Below, in pieces: positions 1 to 11,099 of a stretch of DNA of 64,000 nucleotides (positions are counted from its first letter, which is position 1; every line of letters starts with the position of its first letter). The position numbers were made by a program, and so were the translations under genes. The notes below the pieces were generated by a model. The model was not told where the DNA came from. It did no database searches and saw only the letters and a program-made list of their open reading frames with translations. Source of the stretch: Albugo candida (lineage: Eukaryota); contig JBDOQK010000040.1 of NCBI GenBank assembly GCA_040437565.1, forward strand, positions 186,001 through 250,000, written 5' to 3'.

Positions 1-2892
1 ACATCGGCATCACATGTTTCGCAGTACACATTCGCTCGATCGTCAACGGTGCCTTACCAAAAGAGCTCTGAAGCCGCGAGTGTTGGAGAAAGCTCCACAG
101 CATCGACGTCGATGCTCGTCAACATTAATTGTAAGTGTCTTTGTCCGCGATTGAGATTGAGATTTCTCACTCGTTATGCAGTGTACTTGAAGAATGCGAC
201 CGTAGGACGTGATATCAGTCCTAACGACACTGAATTACTCGTTCTTTTCCGTCGAAATAGCAAAGAAATCACATCGCAATCGACACAGTGGAACGACGAT
301 CATAGTGCTGTTTGGAACGAGAATATTCCCATTCAGACGTCGCTTCTTCCGAATATGCACACAGAATCCAATATCAATGGCAATGCAGTAGCACTCCATC
401 CGAAAGAGTACGACATTGTGCTCGTAGCACTTCCAAGTCATTCGGCTGTTGCGGTGTTTTCATTCGATTTCGCTGAAATGGTTCAAAGTCAAATCGCTCA
501 GGAAATCAGAGAACATTCGTATCGGATATCACCTCTAAAATGTCGTGATCTCGCTGCAACGCTAGAATTTCATATCGACTGGGAATTCGCGCAATATGTT
601 CCGAGTACGATGACCATTCCTGGAAGTGAAGCACTTCACGTGCCTTCCGCACAAGCTGTCTTTGAGACGGAAGTACCCAGGAAAAGGAGACCGAGAAACC
701 ACTCGTTGCAGCCGATACTATCACACTCACCCGATGTGCTTCCTCGTCGCGTTTCCAGCGCACATCCTCCGGCCCGATCAGTGCCTTCTCTGTCTCAATG
801 CAGTCAAGTTGTGGAGAATTGTCATCAATGCAAATCATTGCATGAGCGGTTGGAAAGACGAAACACACGAATTGTTAAGATGGAAACTGAGCTTAAAGAA
901 GCACAAAAGAAAGTACAAGTGCTTTTGCTGGCAACAGAGGAATTAGCGATGAGGGAAGCAGCGGAATGTAAGAACGCTGCTCGATATCGAGCTGTATCGA
1001 TACGAATGCTGACTGAAATGGAAATTGGACATTGTATGTGGCTTCAGAATAAACCATCGACTCCATCAATCGATCTTTTATCTCACATACGTTTCTGGCT
1101 GCAGGAATTAGATGCCTGCAATTCTGACTCTCAATTTCGTATTTCCGGGTCTCGAAATAGCGTTGCCAGCACCGCAAGCACAAGTAGTAGTCAGAAATCC
1201 AGTCGTTCGGATCGAATAGCCGATCGAGTCATTGATGATATTCAATTCAAGGAATTACTCGGTCGTGCGCGGCATCTTATGGAGCAAGCACAGATCGTAT
1301 CGTACACAGCAGACAAAGACGATGATGCGTGCAGTACGATAACATCGATCTCTCAGCAGATGAATGCGTTTGAGAAGGAAAATAGAGAATTACGAGCTCA
1401 AGTGAATGATCTCCAAATTTCGAGCCAACAAGCGGACTCGAAAGAAATTCGAGACTGTGAGGAATCGACTCGTATCAGCGCGTTAGAAGCTGAGGTCGAA
1501 AAGGTCCGAGCTGAGAATCAAGCGTACGCAGAGCAAGTCGACAACCTCTCTGGTCGTTTGTATCGCCACACGGAAGCCAGCACGTTATCTCAGTCCCTTA
1601 AAGCGCCTTCTTTTCTGACGAAAATATATAAAGATGTCGGAAAGGCAAAAGTTGTGTTGGAAGCTCAATTGAAGCAACAAAAGCATCAATCGACGGTATT
1701 GGAGGTTGAAAACAAGCAATTACGCGCGCGTTTGCTTGAGCTTGAGCCTTGTCACACTTTAGCGATTGATTATGACGAGACGAACGCGGATCCACGGGAT
1801 GGAATGAGTCGCCACGCTTCTGAATTGGAGGCTTTACATGAAGCGATTTTAGAAAAAGTGGAGCAGGTCCAATGCATGGAACGTTTACAGGCAATTCTCA
1901 ATGATCGAGAGGCACAAATCGTCTCATTAGATCGCCAATTGTATGCTTATGGCGTATCATCGACCTCACAAATTGACACGCTCACAACGCAATTGAAAGC
2001 GTGTCGTCAGGAGCTGCAATTACAAAGCAATGAATGGGAGCGATTACAGTCACAATTCGAAGCTGTGGAACGAGAGAAAAAAGCTTTGGAAATGAACGTT
2101 GCAGTCGATGGCGACATGGAGGAAAGGAAACAACCTATGGAGCACGTTTGGAAAGAAATGGTTGAGGAGATGCGAGTGAGTTACGAAGAAATCGTTGCTG
2201 AGAAAAAAGTGATTTCATTACAGCTACAACGAGCGCTGGAGGCTTTGCGACAGCAACAGGATACTCGGACCGATACAGAGACAGAGTTAAGGCTTCAAAT
2301 CGAAGCTTTGCAAAGTCGACACACGGAAGAGATCAACGCAGTGCAAGTACAATTATCCGATGTCAGTAAACAGCTCAAAATGTCGCGGCAAGAAGTAATG
2401 GAATTTCGATTCCGAAGCAATCAATTGGAGTCGTTAACATGCAAATACGATCAAATCGTATCGGAGAAAAATGCATTCGAAGCAAAAATACTCGCTTTAC
2501 AAGGCCAATTATATGATCAGCGAGATCGGGTTCTCTCGTCGTCTGATGAGTACATTCACTGCAATGCCGAAAGCAAACAGATACAATTGGGTCGAATGGA
2601 AGAACAACTTTGTGATTTTCAGGTGCAATTGGGAATATTACAGGAAAGAAACCAAACGCAAGCGATACGTATCGATGAACTGACGATCCAACACAGACGT
2701 ATGTGTTCTGAGAAGGAAGCATTAAACGGTATTGTTGACCAATTGATCGCCGAGAAAGCCAATTTTGAGCAATTGGTGTCGTTGGATCAGAATGCGATAC
2801 GTACAGAATCTCATCCGAAACGCTCGCAAAGTGTCACGGAAACAAACATTCCATGTAGAAATGTCGCAGATCTCATCAAAAATTTCTCATAG
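1..2892 (+). CDS. NT-type C2 (EEIG1/EHBP1-like) domain protein with long C-terminal coiled coil; 5' end may lie outside the window
   Basis: 947-aa ORF whose frame is open back to base 1; first ATG at 112. The N-terminal ~150 aa (RRNSKEITS..AVWNENIPIQTSL..KEYDIVL..FSFDFAE..PLKCRDLAATLEFHI) resemble NT-C2, followed by E/Q/L/K-rich heptads. Probable in-frame 51-nt intron at 131-181 (GTAAGT...GCAG). Confidence 0.75.
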   Translation, partial: TSASHVSQYTFARSSTVPYQKSSEAASVGESSTASTSMLVNINCKCLCPRLRLRFLTRYAVYLKNATVGRDISPNDTELLVLFRRNSKEITSQSTQWNDDHSAVWNENIPIQTSLLPNMHTESNINGNAVALHPKEYDIVLVALPSHSAVAVFSFDFAEMVQSQIAQEIREHSYRISPLKCRDLAATLEFHIDWEFAQYVPSTMTIPGSEALHVPSAQAVFETEVPRKRRPRNHSLQPILSHSPDVLPRRVSSAHPPARSVPSLSQCSQVVENCHQCKSLHERLERRNTRIVKMETELKEAQKKVQVLLLATEELAMREAAECKNAARYRAVSIRMLTEMEIGHCMWLQNKPSTPSIDLLSHIRFWLQELDACNSDSQFRISGSRNSVASTASTSSSQKSSRSDRIADRVIDDIQFKELLGRARHLMEQAQIVSYTADKDDDACSTITSISQQMNAFEKENRELRAQVNDLQISSQQADSKEIRDCEESTRISALEAEVEKVRAENQAYAEQVDNLSGRLYRHTEASTLSQSLKAPSFLTKIYKDVGKAKVVLEAQLKQQKHQSTVLEVENKQLRARLLELEPCHTLAIDYDETNADPRDGMSRHASELEALHEAILEKVEQVQCMERLQAILNDREAQIVSLDRQLYAYGVSSTSQIDTLTTQLKACRQELQLQSNEWERLQSQFEAVEREKKALEMNVAVDGDMEERKQPMEHVWKEMVEEMRVSYEEIVAEKKVISLQLQRALEALRQQQDTRTDTETELRLQIEALQSRHTEEINAVQVQLSDVSKQLKMSRQEVMEFRFRSNQLESLTCKYDQIVSEKNAFEAKILALQGQLYDQRDRVLSSSDEYIHCNAESKQIQLGRMEEQLCDFQVQLGILQERNQTQAIRIDELTIQHRRMCSEKEALNGIVDQLIAEKANFEQLVSLDQNAIRTESHPKRSQSVTETNIPCRNVADLIKNFS

Positions 2893-3150
2893 TCGGAGTA
2901 TGAAAAGATCTGATCGGTAGAAAAACTATCTGTCCGTTTTGTAAGTAATGCAATGAAATTACTCGTTTGTTCGTTAAAATTGATATTCAAATTACTCACA
3001 TGGCAACACATAAAGCCGCTGGATCAGTTTTCCAGAAATTCAGAAAGCCTTCCATTTTCTTTGAATGTTGAACTGAGTTTGTAAACAATGCACCTTCTGT
3101 TCCTATCGGCAGTATGCAGCCGCGTTGATTACTTATATCATTGTAGCGGA

Positions 3151-3173
3151 CAACACTGCGACATCTAACCCTG
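3151..3173 (+). promoter_or_regulatory. Conserved upstream motif CAACACTGCGACATCTAACCCTG of the secreted-protein family (copy A)
   Basis: Related copies at 8025-8047(+), 25495-25517(-), 31500-31522(-) and 57088-57110(+), each starting 185-193 nt upstream of the ATG. Confidence 0.55.
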
Positions 3174-3335
3174 GATTATCTGTTGTCTAGTTCTACTTGA
3201 TTTACTCGTAGACTCGTCTGATATAGAATGTTCTATGAAGTCCGAATATATTGAAGAAATCCAGTCGCAATCATTTTGTGCTTTTATTCATTCTCTCATT
3301 TTTGAATCTTCTTGGAAACAACATCGACGTCAACC

Positions 3336-4322
3336 ATGGGAAAGTCTATCGTACGTATAGTCCATCTGCTGCTGCATCTCATTGCCGCGATATTGGCCGA
3401 ACTATCTGAGAAGTGCCCCTTTAAGGCACCCGCCACATGCTCATTTTCTTCTCCACTGTCCCTTAAACAGGTTTTTATGACTGATCCGTCCAAGGCAGTC
3501 AGATGCAAGTGCGATCATTTCAGTCGTCTGCCTCCGACGGGGAACCTCGCCCCGTCGGCAATTCCTGAAGCATGTCAATCATCCCAGTATTATTTTAACG
3601 GGAAAAAACTCAAAGTATCAATGGACACCACGTTAGAATTCCCTCCTATCGCAACGATCCACTTGACGGATGTACATTCTGGTACCTGGAATGTAAAAAT
3701 TGAAGTGATATCTTGGAAAGGAACACATTTTAAAAATGTACCGATTGTATTCGATATATATTATACAAATCTCATATTACCTCAAGCGTTGGAAAGTCTA
3801 TTTGAGAAAGACAAAATGGGAAGACCACTTCCGATTGGAAATGCTCGGATTGCAGTTAAGCTGTCGGAGAAAAAGTGCATTTATCTACGTGTAAGGGATC
3901 GAGATATCCAGTTCCATGACAAGGATTACTGGATTTTCGGGAGAGAGGTAATGAGGCAGCATAAATACAGCTTTCTTAAAGATGCGTCACGATACCGAAT
4001 CAGTATTGGGCTTTTGGATGCAGATGCGGAGGAAGCTCGCAAAAACGAAAGACCGACAAAGTCAGACAAAAATAAACAACTTAGACATGAAAAGGCACGT
4101 CTGAATACTCCTAAGGAGACGACTATTGATTGGATGAGTCCGTTTTTCAGTCAGGAGAGTTCCGCATCTGAAGAGTATCGTTCCGGATCTGAGTCGAACT
4201 TTGTTCATAAATATTACAACGATCAATATGTTCAAGACATTGCTCACGCGTCCAATTCCGTGAGTCCTCGCTCTGGTGCCTCAGATGTACCAAGCTACAA
4301 TTCGCCTAATTATTACGTCTAG
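3336..4322 (+). CDS. Secreted pepsin-lobe-like pseudoprotease family protein, copy A (~328 aa)
   Basis: ATG at 3336 (MGKSIVRIVHLLLHLIAAILAE, signal-peptide-like). Motifs CPFKAPATC, YYFNG..L.VSMD, WNVKI, IVFDIYYTNLILP, YWIFGREVM. S/E/Y-rich tail. Inr-like CTCATTTTTGAATCT just upstream. Confidence 0.85.
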   Translation: MGKSIVRIVHLLLHLIAAILAELSEKCPFKAPATCSFSSPLSLKQVFMTDPSKAVRCKCDHFSRLPPTGNLAPSAIPEACQSSQYYFNGKKLKVSMDTTLEFPPIATIHLTDVHSGTWNVKIEVISWKGTHFKNVPIVFDIYYTNLILPQALESLFEKDKMGRPLPIGNARIAVKLSEKKCIYLRVRDRDIQFHDKDYWIFGREVMRQHKYSFLKDASRYRISIGLLDADAEEARKNERPTKSDKNKQLRHEKARLNTPKETTIDWMSPFFSQESSASEEYRSGSESNFVHKYYNDQYVQDIAHASNSVSPRSGASDVPSYNSPNYYV

Positions 4323-4885
4323 CGCTCGTCAATTGGGCACTACGGATGAACCAGCCGAGTGGATCTTAGATCAGGCTTGTCAAAGCTAGGACTCTCCTCA
4401 TAAAAAACACTAGCACGATTTCCTTTCGATTCTATACAACTATCTAGCGTAGATGTACTGCAAGTACGACAATATTCATTCGAACTTCACATCACAAAAA
4501 ATCTGCAAAGAATCACAGTGATTCATGACCCGCTTCCCACCACAGCTACACTAAATGTTTGATGCTCAAGGAAGCTACAATCACGGAACACGATATCAGG
4601 GGGTCAAATGAGTACATCATATCCATTACAATGTTGTTGAACTCGTGTGATAATGCACAACTAGAGCGACTGCTTCTGTGATGCTTACACGATTCTATAA
4701 TTGTCATATCTTTTGCAATCGCTTCTAACAGCCAAATGTGGGGAATCTGATTCGCGTCCAAGCCTTCTTGCACAACCTGCAAAGCATCACTCTATATCAC
4801 AATCACGTCTGCCGCGTTTTGTCGTATATTATCGCTGAATAAACTGCCACCTCGGCGTCGTCTCAAGTCATGATTCTTGCGTCTT

Positions 4886-5080
4886 TACTGATACTGATAC
4901 TGACACTAATACTGATATTGATAATGGTAATGATACTAATACTCATACTAATACTCGTACTGATACTGATACCCACACTATGGTATTGATACTAATACTT
5001 ATACTGATACTCGTACTGATACTGTTCCTGAAACTGATAGCGTACTGGTACTGGCGCCGATACTGTTACTGGTACTGATA
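4886..5080. repeat. Degenerate (TACTGA)n hexamer microsatellite
   Basis: Repeated tactga/tactaa/tactgg/tactcg units; shorter related patch at ~5650-5700. Confidence 0.85.
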
Positions 5081-5243
5081 CTTTGTCAAGGATTTCATTA
5101 CACTGTTTATCTGGTTCTTTAACTACCTTCCTTATCCTATCATNNNNNNNNNNNNNNNNNNNNNNNNNNNNNNNNNNNNNNNNNNNNNNNNNNNNNNNNN
5201 NNNNNNNNNNNNNNNNNNNNNNNNNNNNNNNNNNNNNNNNNNN

Positions 5244-5309
5244 GGCGGGACTTGAACCCGCAATCTCCGCCTTAGGAGGGCGGCGCCGTATCCATTGGGC
5301 CACGCGAGC
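5244..5309 (-). tRNA. tRNA-Arg(CCT), 3' end truncated by assembly gap
   Basis: Reverse complement GCTCGCGTGGCCCAATGGATACGGCG-CCGCC-CTCCTAA-GGCGG-AGATTGCGGGTTCAAGTCCCGCC: A box, perfect 5-bp anticodon stem with CCT, T-loop GTTCAAGTC. Confidence 0.85.
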
Positions 5310-5313
5310 TACC

Positions 5314-5388
5314 CAGTTGGGTGGCCTAGCGGATAGTACACATGTGTTTCGACCATGTGTGCACCGGTTCGAATCCCGGCGGTGGCAA
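5314..5388 (+). other. tRNA-derived pseudogene or SINE head (Pol III A and B boxes)
   Basis: A box TGGCCTAGCGG (5322-5332), hairpin ACACATG-9nt-CATGTGT, B box GGTTCGAATCC (5366-5376). The acceptor stem does not pair. Confidence 0.55.
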
Positions 5389-5999
5389 AAGGGCTGCGAT
5401 GGGGCCCCTCGGCGGAGGCAAAGATTCCTCCACGTAAATATCAACCTACTCAACGAAGATATGGACGTGTCAAGACCGCTGGCAACTACACCAGAAAATA
5501 ACTGTACAGGAGTTGGACCGGGCTCTTCAGAGCGTTACATACTAGTGATTAGTATAGAGTAGATAACCACCAAACTGTAGTAACAGAAAGGTGTCTAAAT
5601 AAAAGTACTACGTACGAACACCCTTAACTGAGCTGGGTACGGAGACCCTTATGGTACTGATACTGTATGGTAGTGGCGCGGATACTGGTACCGGTACGGA
5701 GCTCTGAGAAACCAGGTCGAGTAAGACTCTTGTCTAAATGGAAGTCGAGCCTATAGGGAGGTAAGATTCTCGATCCATGGATCTCCAGCCGATACAGAAA
5801 GTTTGGTGAAAAATCATACTGTCCGTATCTATCAGATCCGTAAATCTATGAAAATGTGCAAGAGGTTCCATCAGTCAGGAAGCACGCATCAACGACTCCA
5901 ACAAAGATTGAGATTGAGGTGGACTTCGGGACCGGGCTTGGTTGGAGCTTCGGATGCATTACGCGATGCACCGGCTGGCCGTATCATTAATCACTTGTT

Positions 6000-7480
6000 G
6001 TAAATCATCCATTGGAGCATAAAAGTTTGTTTGTTGGAATGAGAGCGAGACCACATCGTAGAAAGTGCAGCGATTTGTTTCGGCTGATCATGCTGGTGCG
6101 AGCTGGTGCAATGACTTGATCAGGATCACGTAGGGATCCAAAGAGCAAGCTTGGAATTACTTGAAAGACGGAACTGTGGTTGTGATTATTGTGTAAGGTG
6201 TGCACTTTTGCTTGAAATTAATTCAAGTGCATCGACACATTGCATCAAGCTCTATCGAAGTATTGATAGAATCCAGCGAGAACTTTCTTCTCAGTGATCA
6301 AGAAACAATGAATGTTGGAGTGACTGGAAGCGTGGTTGTGGTACGAAGGTTGCGCGTATGTACTGATGACTTGAGGAATTGCGCGTCAGAATTCAGAGCT
6401 AGTCTCACCAATTGGAGAAGCTGGTAATTCTAGTGCGATGGAGTGATAATTACTAGCGGATCGAAATAGGGGAATCAAATTAAGGTCGTTACTCCACACG
6501 GTGTGAATTATCATTGAAATTTGAGCGAGAAAGGAATGAAAAAGAGCATGAGGAGCGATATAGCTGGACTGATACCACAAGAAAGTATGCATCTTTGATC
6601 ATCTCAGATATTTTCGATTCCACAGATTTGTAAGTTTTTATTCAACATTACGTTTCTAGAATCAAGTGAGAAGCTATTCTTCCTCAACAATTACACTGTT
6701 GTAGGCGGAAGCTCTTATCAATTTGAGATGAGTTTTGATAGATGAGAGATGTGAGCTGGGTAGATTACATCCAAGCTCTGCCGATAAGAGAGCCCGATTG
6801 ATCTTGTCAGCTTCGGGGGTTAGAGAATGAGTAGGTATCCTCCCTACTGCTTATCTCTTGTATGTTTCCCAAACGCACAGATGGCAAGAAAGATAACTCG
6901 ATATAATTGTGACATATTGGATGAGAGTGTATGGGTATCTATGCGCTGCTGGTCCCTAAAATGAGCCAATGTCGACGATGTATTCACAATGGTGGAACAG
7001 TAATGTTGGACCTAATTTCTATCGGTATGGCCACTCGAGTATCTTATTTTTTTACAAGAACGGAAGATTTGCTAAGATCCGACTGCGATCTGTTGATTGG
7101 ATCAATGATAATCATGTAGAATTTATTGTACGCCTCTAACATGCGCTGCTAATATTGCTCATCAATTATAGTTCTTGTACCTTCCGTGGTATCATCGTTT
7201 CATTGCATAAGTCAATCTTTGAGAGCTAAAAAGAATATAAGCGAGCTGGAACGCTGAACTACATTTGATGAATTCCCTCGCAGGAACGCACGAGAATTAT
7301 CCCATTCCGGGATAGAAAAAGATAAGGAACTAGGTGTAAAGAGCGGAATCTCAAGCGAACGAATTGTCACACTCTTCACCGCTTCTCCCTTTTGCATGGA
7401 TCTCGATGAGAAAAGCAAATGCACGCAGCAATATCGTTTTCCTTCGCATCAGCATTGTTGTCGCTCGGCGGCATTTTGAC
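6000..7480. pseudogene. Decayed unidentified block downstream of the secreted gene, part of the duplicated cassette
   Basis: Paralogous to 27520-29170 in inverted orientation (e.g. MGIYALLVPKMSQCRRC at 6931 vs MGIYPLLMPKMSQYRRC at 28095 minus), and partly to 10400-11030, 22330-22950 and 58880-59350. No long ORF. Confidence 0.5.
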
Positions 7481-7549
7481 GTGTAGAGAATGCAGCTGGA
7501 AATAAAACAACGTTTGCTCACGCTTTTTCTCAAATATTCCGCACTCGAT

Positions 7550-7750
7550 CAAGTATTTAACGCTATTGTTGATCAACTGATCGCGGAGAAAGCCATTTCG
7601 AATAGTTGTGTCGTTGGATCAGAACACGACATGTATATCGTCTCATTCAAAACGCTCGCAAAGTGTCACGGAAACCATATTTCCTGTAGAAATGTCGTAC
7701 ACTTAATCCGTAATTCTCAAAGTCGTACTACGATACTATCTGATCTGTAG
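7550..7750 (+). pseudogene. 3'-end remnant of the NT-C2/coiled-coil gene
   Basis: FNAIVDQLIAEKA matches LNGIVDQLIAEKA of the intact gene; ...CGCTCGCAAAGTGTCACGGAAAC... is also shared. Confidence 0.8.
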
Positions 7751-8215
7751 GGAAATTATCTGGCACTTTGTAAGGTTAACAGTAAGATTCTCGTTTATTC
7801 GTTAGCCGGATTAGCTCGCTACGATTTATAATATTCACATCGACGGCAATACTCCTAAGTTTTGTATGGAAGCCGTCGTAGTGTCAAACGTAAAAGCCAG
7901 TACTTTAAAGTGGTACAATGAAACTTTTCCCAGTAAAGAGTGCGATACTGTACGTTACATGTAGACTCGTTCGTTGGCACGTAGTAAATAGAGCATGTGA
8001 TTGTTCTTTTAGAGGGAAAGAGTGCAACACGGCGACATCTAACCCTTCGGTTTTTCCCACATCGTTGTTGATTCTACTGGATTTATTTGTGGATTCATCT
8101 GATCTAGAATATTCTATCCGTTCCGAAATGTCAGGCGCACTTCTTTTGTTCTCTCACCACTTCCCTCATTGTACAATTTTCTCAGTAACAAACAGTAGCA
8201 AAATTGGAATTTGCC

Positions 8216-9835
8216 ATGCGGAAGTTTATTGCAAGTGATTTTCATTTGGTGCTCAATCTCATCGCCGCAATAATAATTGCACAATCTGTGGATCCACGTT
8301 GCCCCTTCCGGATACCACTTGCTTGTAGTAGGATCAAGGGTGATGGATATGAAATCAAAATTGCTATGTTCGACCAATCCAACGACTTTATCTCTTACAG
8401 GTGTAAATTTGCAGAAGGTCAGTTTCAAGCCAGCGAGTCGACCAAAACTGAGCAAGAAGGCCTCAAAGCTATTATCACAAGTTTGCGTGAAATCTCGCGG
8501 AGGACACCGAAGCTGGTACTCGGTCCTGGTGCATATAACGGTGTATGTATTGGAACTCAATGGTTTTTTAATGGGAATGACCTCACATTATCAGCGGACA
8601 CAGCCCCAAGATTCAAACATGTAATGAGGATAGATGCGGACACCACGTCTGGCAACAGTTGGCAAATTAAGAATCTAGTGGTAAAATGGAGGGGAAGAAC
8701 TCTTGATGGAAATATTGTATTCAACGCTGCCATTAAGAAGATTATCGTACCTGTTTCATTCAGATCTCAATGCTTGAATTGCCACAAGATGGAGGAACCA
8801 CCAACATTGAATTCATTTATAAAGAAACAACAACAGAATACGGTCAAGATGTCCAAGTTGAAAAACAATTTCCCATAACAGTAAAGAGCGAAGATTTGGC
8901 CTGTGGGGAAGGTTCCGTTTGGGTATTTGGAATGCCCGCATTGCATCTTATCAAATACACTTTGACTAGAATAGGTAGCAAGGAACACACAATCGCAATT
9001 GGACTGCCTAAAAGTGAGGATTTACAACCCGCTGCAACGCAAAAATCAGGTATGCTTACTAGAGCTCGGCCTGTAGATGATGGAGTGTATGAGAATCCCG
9101 ATTTGAGAGCCGAACAAGAAAATAATTTTGATGGAGGAAATCAATTTTTTGCAGGAGGCAGCTCGTCGCAAGCAACATATGCTCCACACGATTTCGCTGG
9201 GCAAGGAGCCTTGCAGAACGAACCATCCTCATCGGACTTGCTGCTTCCAAGAGAATGGTTACAACCTCAATGGGACACAACCAGCATTCAACATCAAGAA
9301 GGCGGCAGTTATGATTATAATTACCTATACCCGACATCATTACAACAAGAGCAATGTTCCACAATGGGATCTCCCGCATTATGGACCTTCCATAAGTATA
9401 TTTCCGACAAGTCAACCAGGCTATGCACCGTCCTCCTCAGCGAACTGGCAAAATCAAGAAGGAAGTAGCTCTTATCACCAGCCTTTGCTTTCGACATACT
9501 ATCATGAATCACAGTGGAATCCTGATCTTGATGTTGGTCAATTGGAATCCAATATGCATGATTTGTCGCTTTCGAATACAGGCGACCAGCAAAATCAGGG
9601 AGGTGGCACTCCTTGGTATTCCAATATGTTAAATGATCCACATGCATATGCTAGTCTACAGTCAAGTCAAGGGCATGTTGACGGAACTGATGCGGAAGAT
9701 TCTCAGTACGGAAGCGAGGAACCTGACTCTGCGACTTACATGTTACAAAGTACCGACGAATCGAAATCGAAATCAAAATCAAAAAAAAACAAACACAAGG
9801 TCCTTAGATTCTTCGGTCGAAAGCATCGCCTTTAA
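8216..9835 (+). pseudogene. Secreted pepsin-lobe-like family, copy B, with two apparent frameshifts (~8765 and ~9345)
   Basis: First frame: MRKFIASDFHLVLNLIAAIIIAQS, CPFRIPLAC, WQIK, IVFNAAIKKIIVP. Second frame carries WVFGMPAL..IAIG. Third frame ends at TAA 9833-9835, followed by the same 3' flank (ATGGTCATTCCCAGATACAT) as the stop of copy E. Confidence 0.8.
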
Positions 9836-11099
9836 ATGGTCATTCCCAGATACATCGACTCAGGCTCATGGAAGACGGATTCCGTGCAGGTTAAGAGTTT
9901 TTTTCTAAACAACTTTTAACACGACATCTATACGGTTTTATTTTTGTGGAACTTGAACTAATTTTCGAGTGTGCACGTATTCCTACAAATATACAGCATC
10001 TCATTAATCGACTTTTCACAGCACAGAAAAGCTGTGAAGGATTCATCAATGAATCACACTGCGCTTCCCAACACAGTGCACAGTGCTATATTGAACGCTT
10101 TATGCTCGTGCAATTAATAAATCTTCAACAAGGCACGCACGAACGCACGGTATCAGGTGAGTAAGTCAAATTTACTGCAGAATTTGGTGACCAACAAGTA
10201 TTCATGTGACTATTCCAGGATTCTGTGACTACCATAGATCGTGACATCAAATGCAGACGTGAATATCATGGATCCATACAGGCCATCACTCGATATCACG
10301 ATCAACCTCACCGCATTTGTATCGTATAATTTCGCTTACACACCATTTCATATTCGCGTCGCCTTGAGTCATGATACATTTCGTAAGACCCAAAAAGTGT
10401 TTGCAAGACGAATTGGACTTGAGGACCGGGCATGGAGCATCGGACAAAAGCTGAGACGTAAGCTTCGGGAGAGATTGCTGCAAATTTACGATTCAGAAAG
10501 CAAGCTTGCAATGACTTGAATGAAGAAATTGTGATTTTGTGTATTGCGTAAGGCGTGCGCTTGAAAAAAGGGACTTTTGGAGTCGTTATCTATGCTGGAA
10601 ACTGACTCAGAAGGCATTGTGCCTCGAAAAACTGGATGCGTGAATGTGGTACGAAGGTGGTGCGTGTATGCGGATGACTTCAAAGAATTGCATGTCACAA
10701 GTCTGTTCATAAGGCAATCCGATTAGATAAGCTAGGAACTAGTGAGATAGAGTGATAATCACTAGCTGATCAAAATGCTAATAAAACGAGGTACATTTAT
10801 ACCAGCGGTAGACTCAGAGCCAAATGAAATCGAAAGGCAACAAAGAAGAGTACAATGCTATAAAAGGAGCGATATAAATGGATTGGAAAGTATCTGTGTT
10901 CAATTATTGCAAATATTTTCTGCTTGACACTTTATCAGGTTTCTTGACTTGTGTGAAACGCTTTTGTTTCTTAACGATTGTATTGTTGCAGTCGAAACCG
11001 TTTTGAAATTGAGATGAGTATCAATAAAGCAGATTATTGCGGATCGAGTCCAAGCTTGTCACACTTTTCATCGTCAATTAATGTAGCGTGAATTGAGGG

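Noticed and set aside
4992-5562. ORFs 4992-5453(-) and 5083-5562(+)
   Set aside because: They span an N gap, a microsatellite and the tRNA; spurious.
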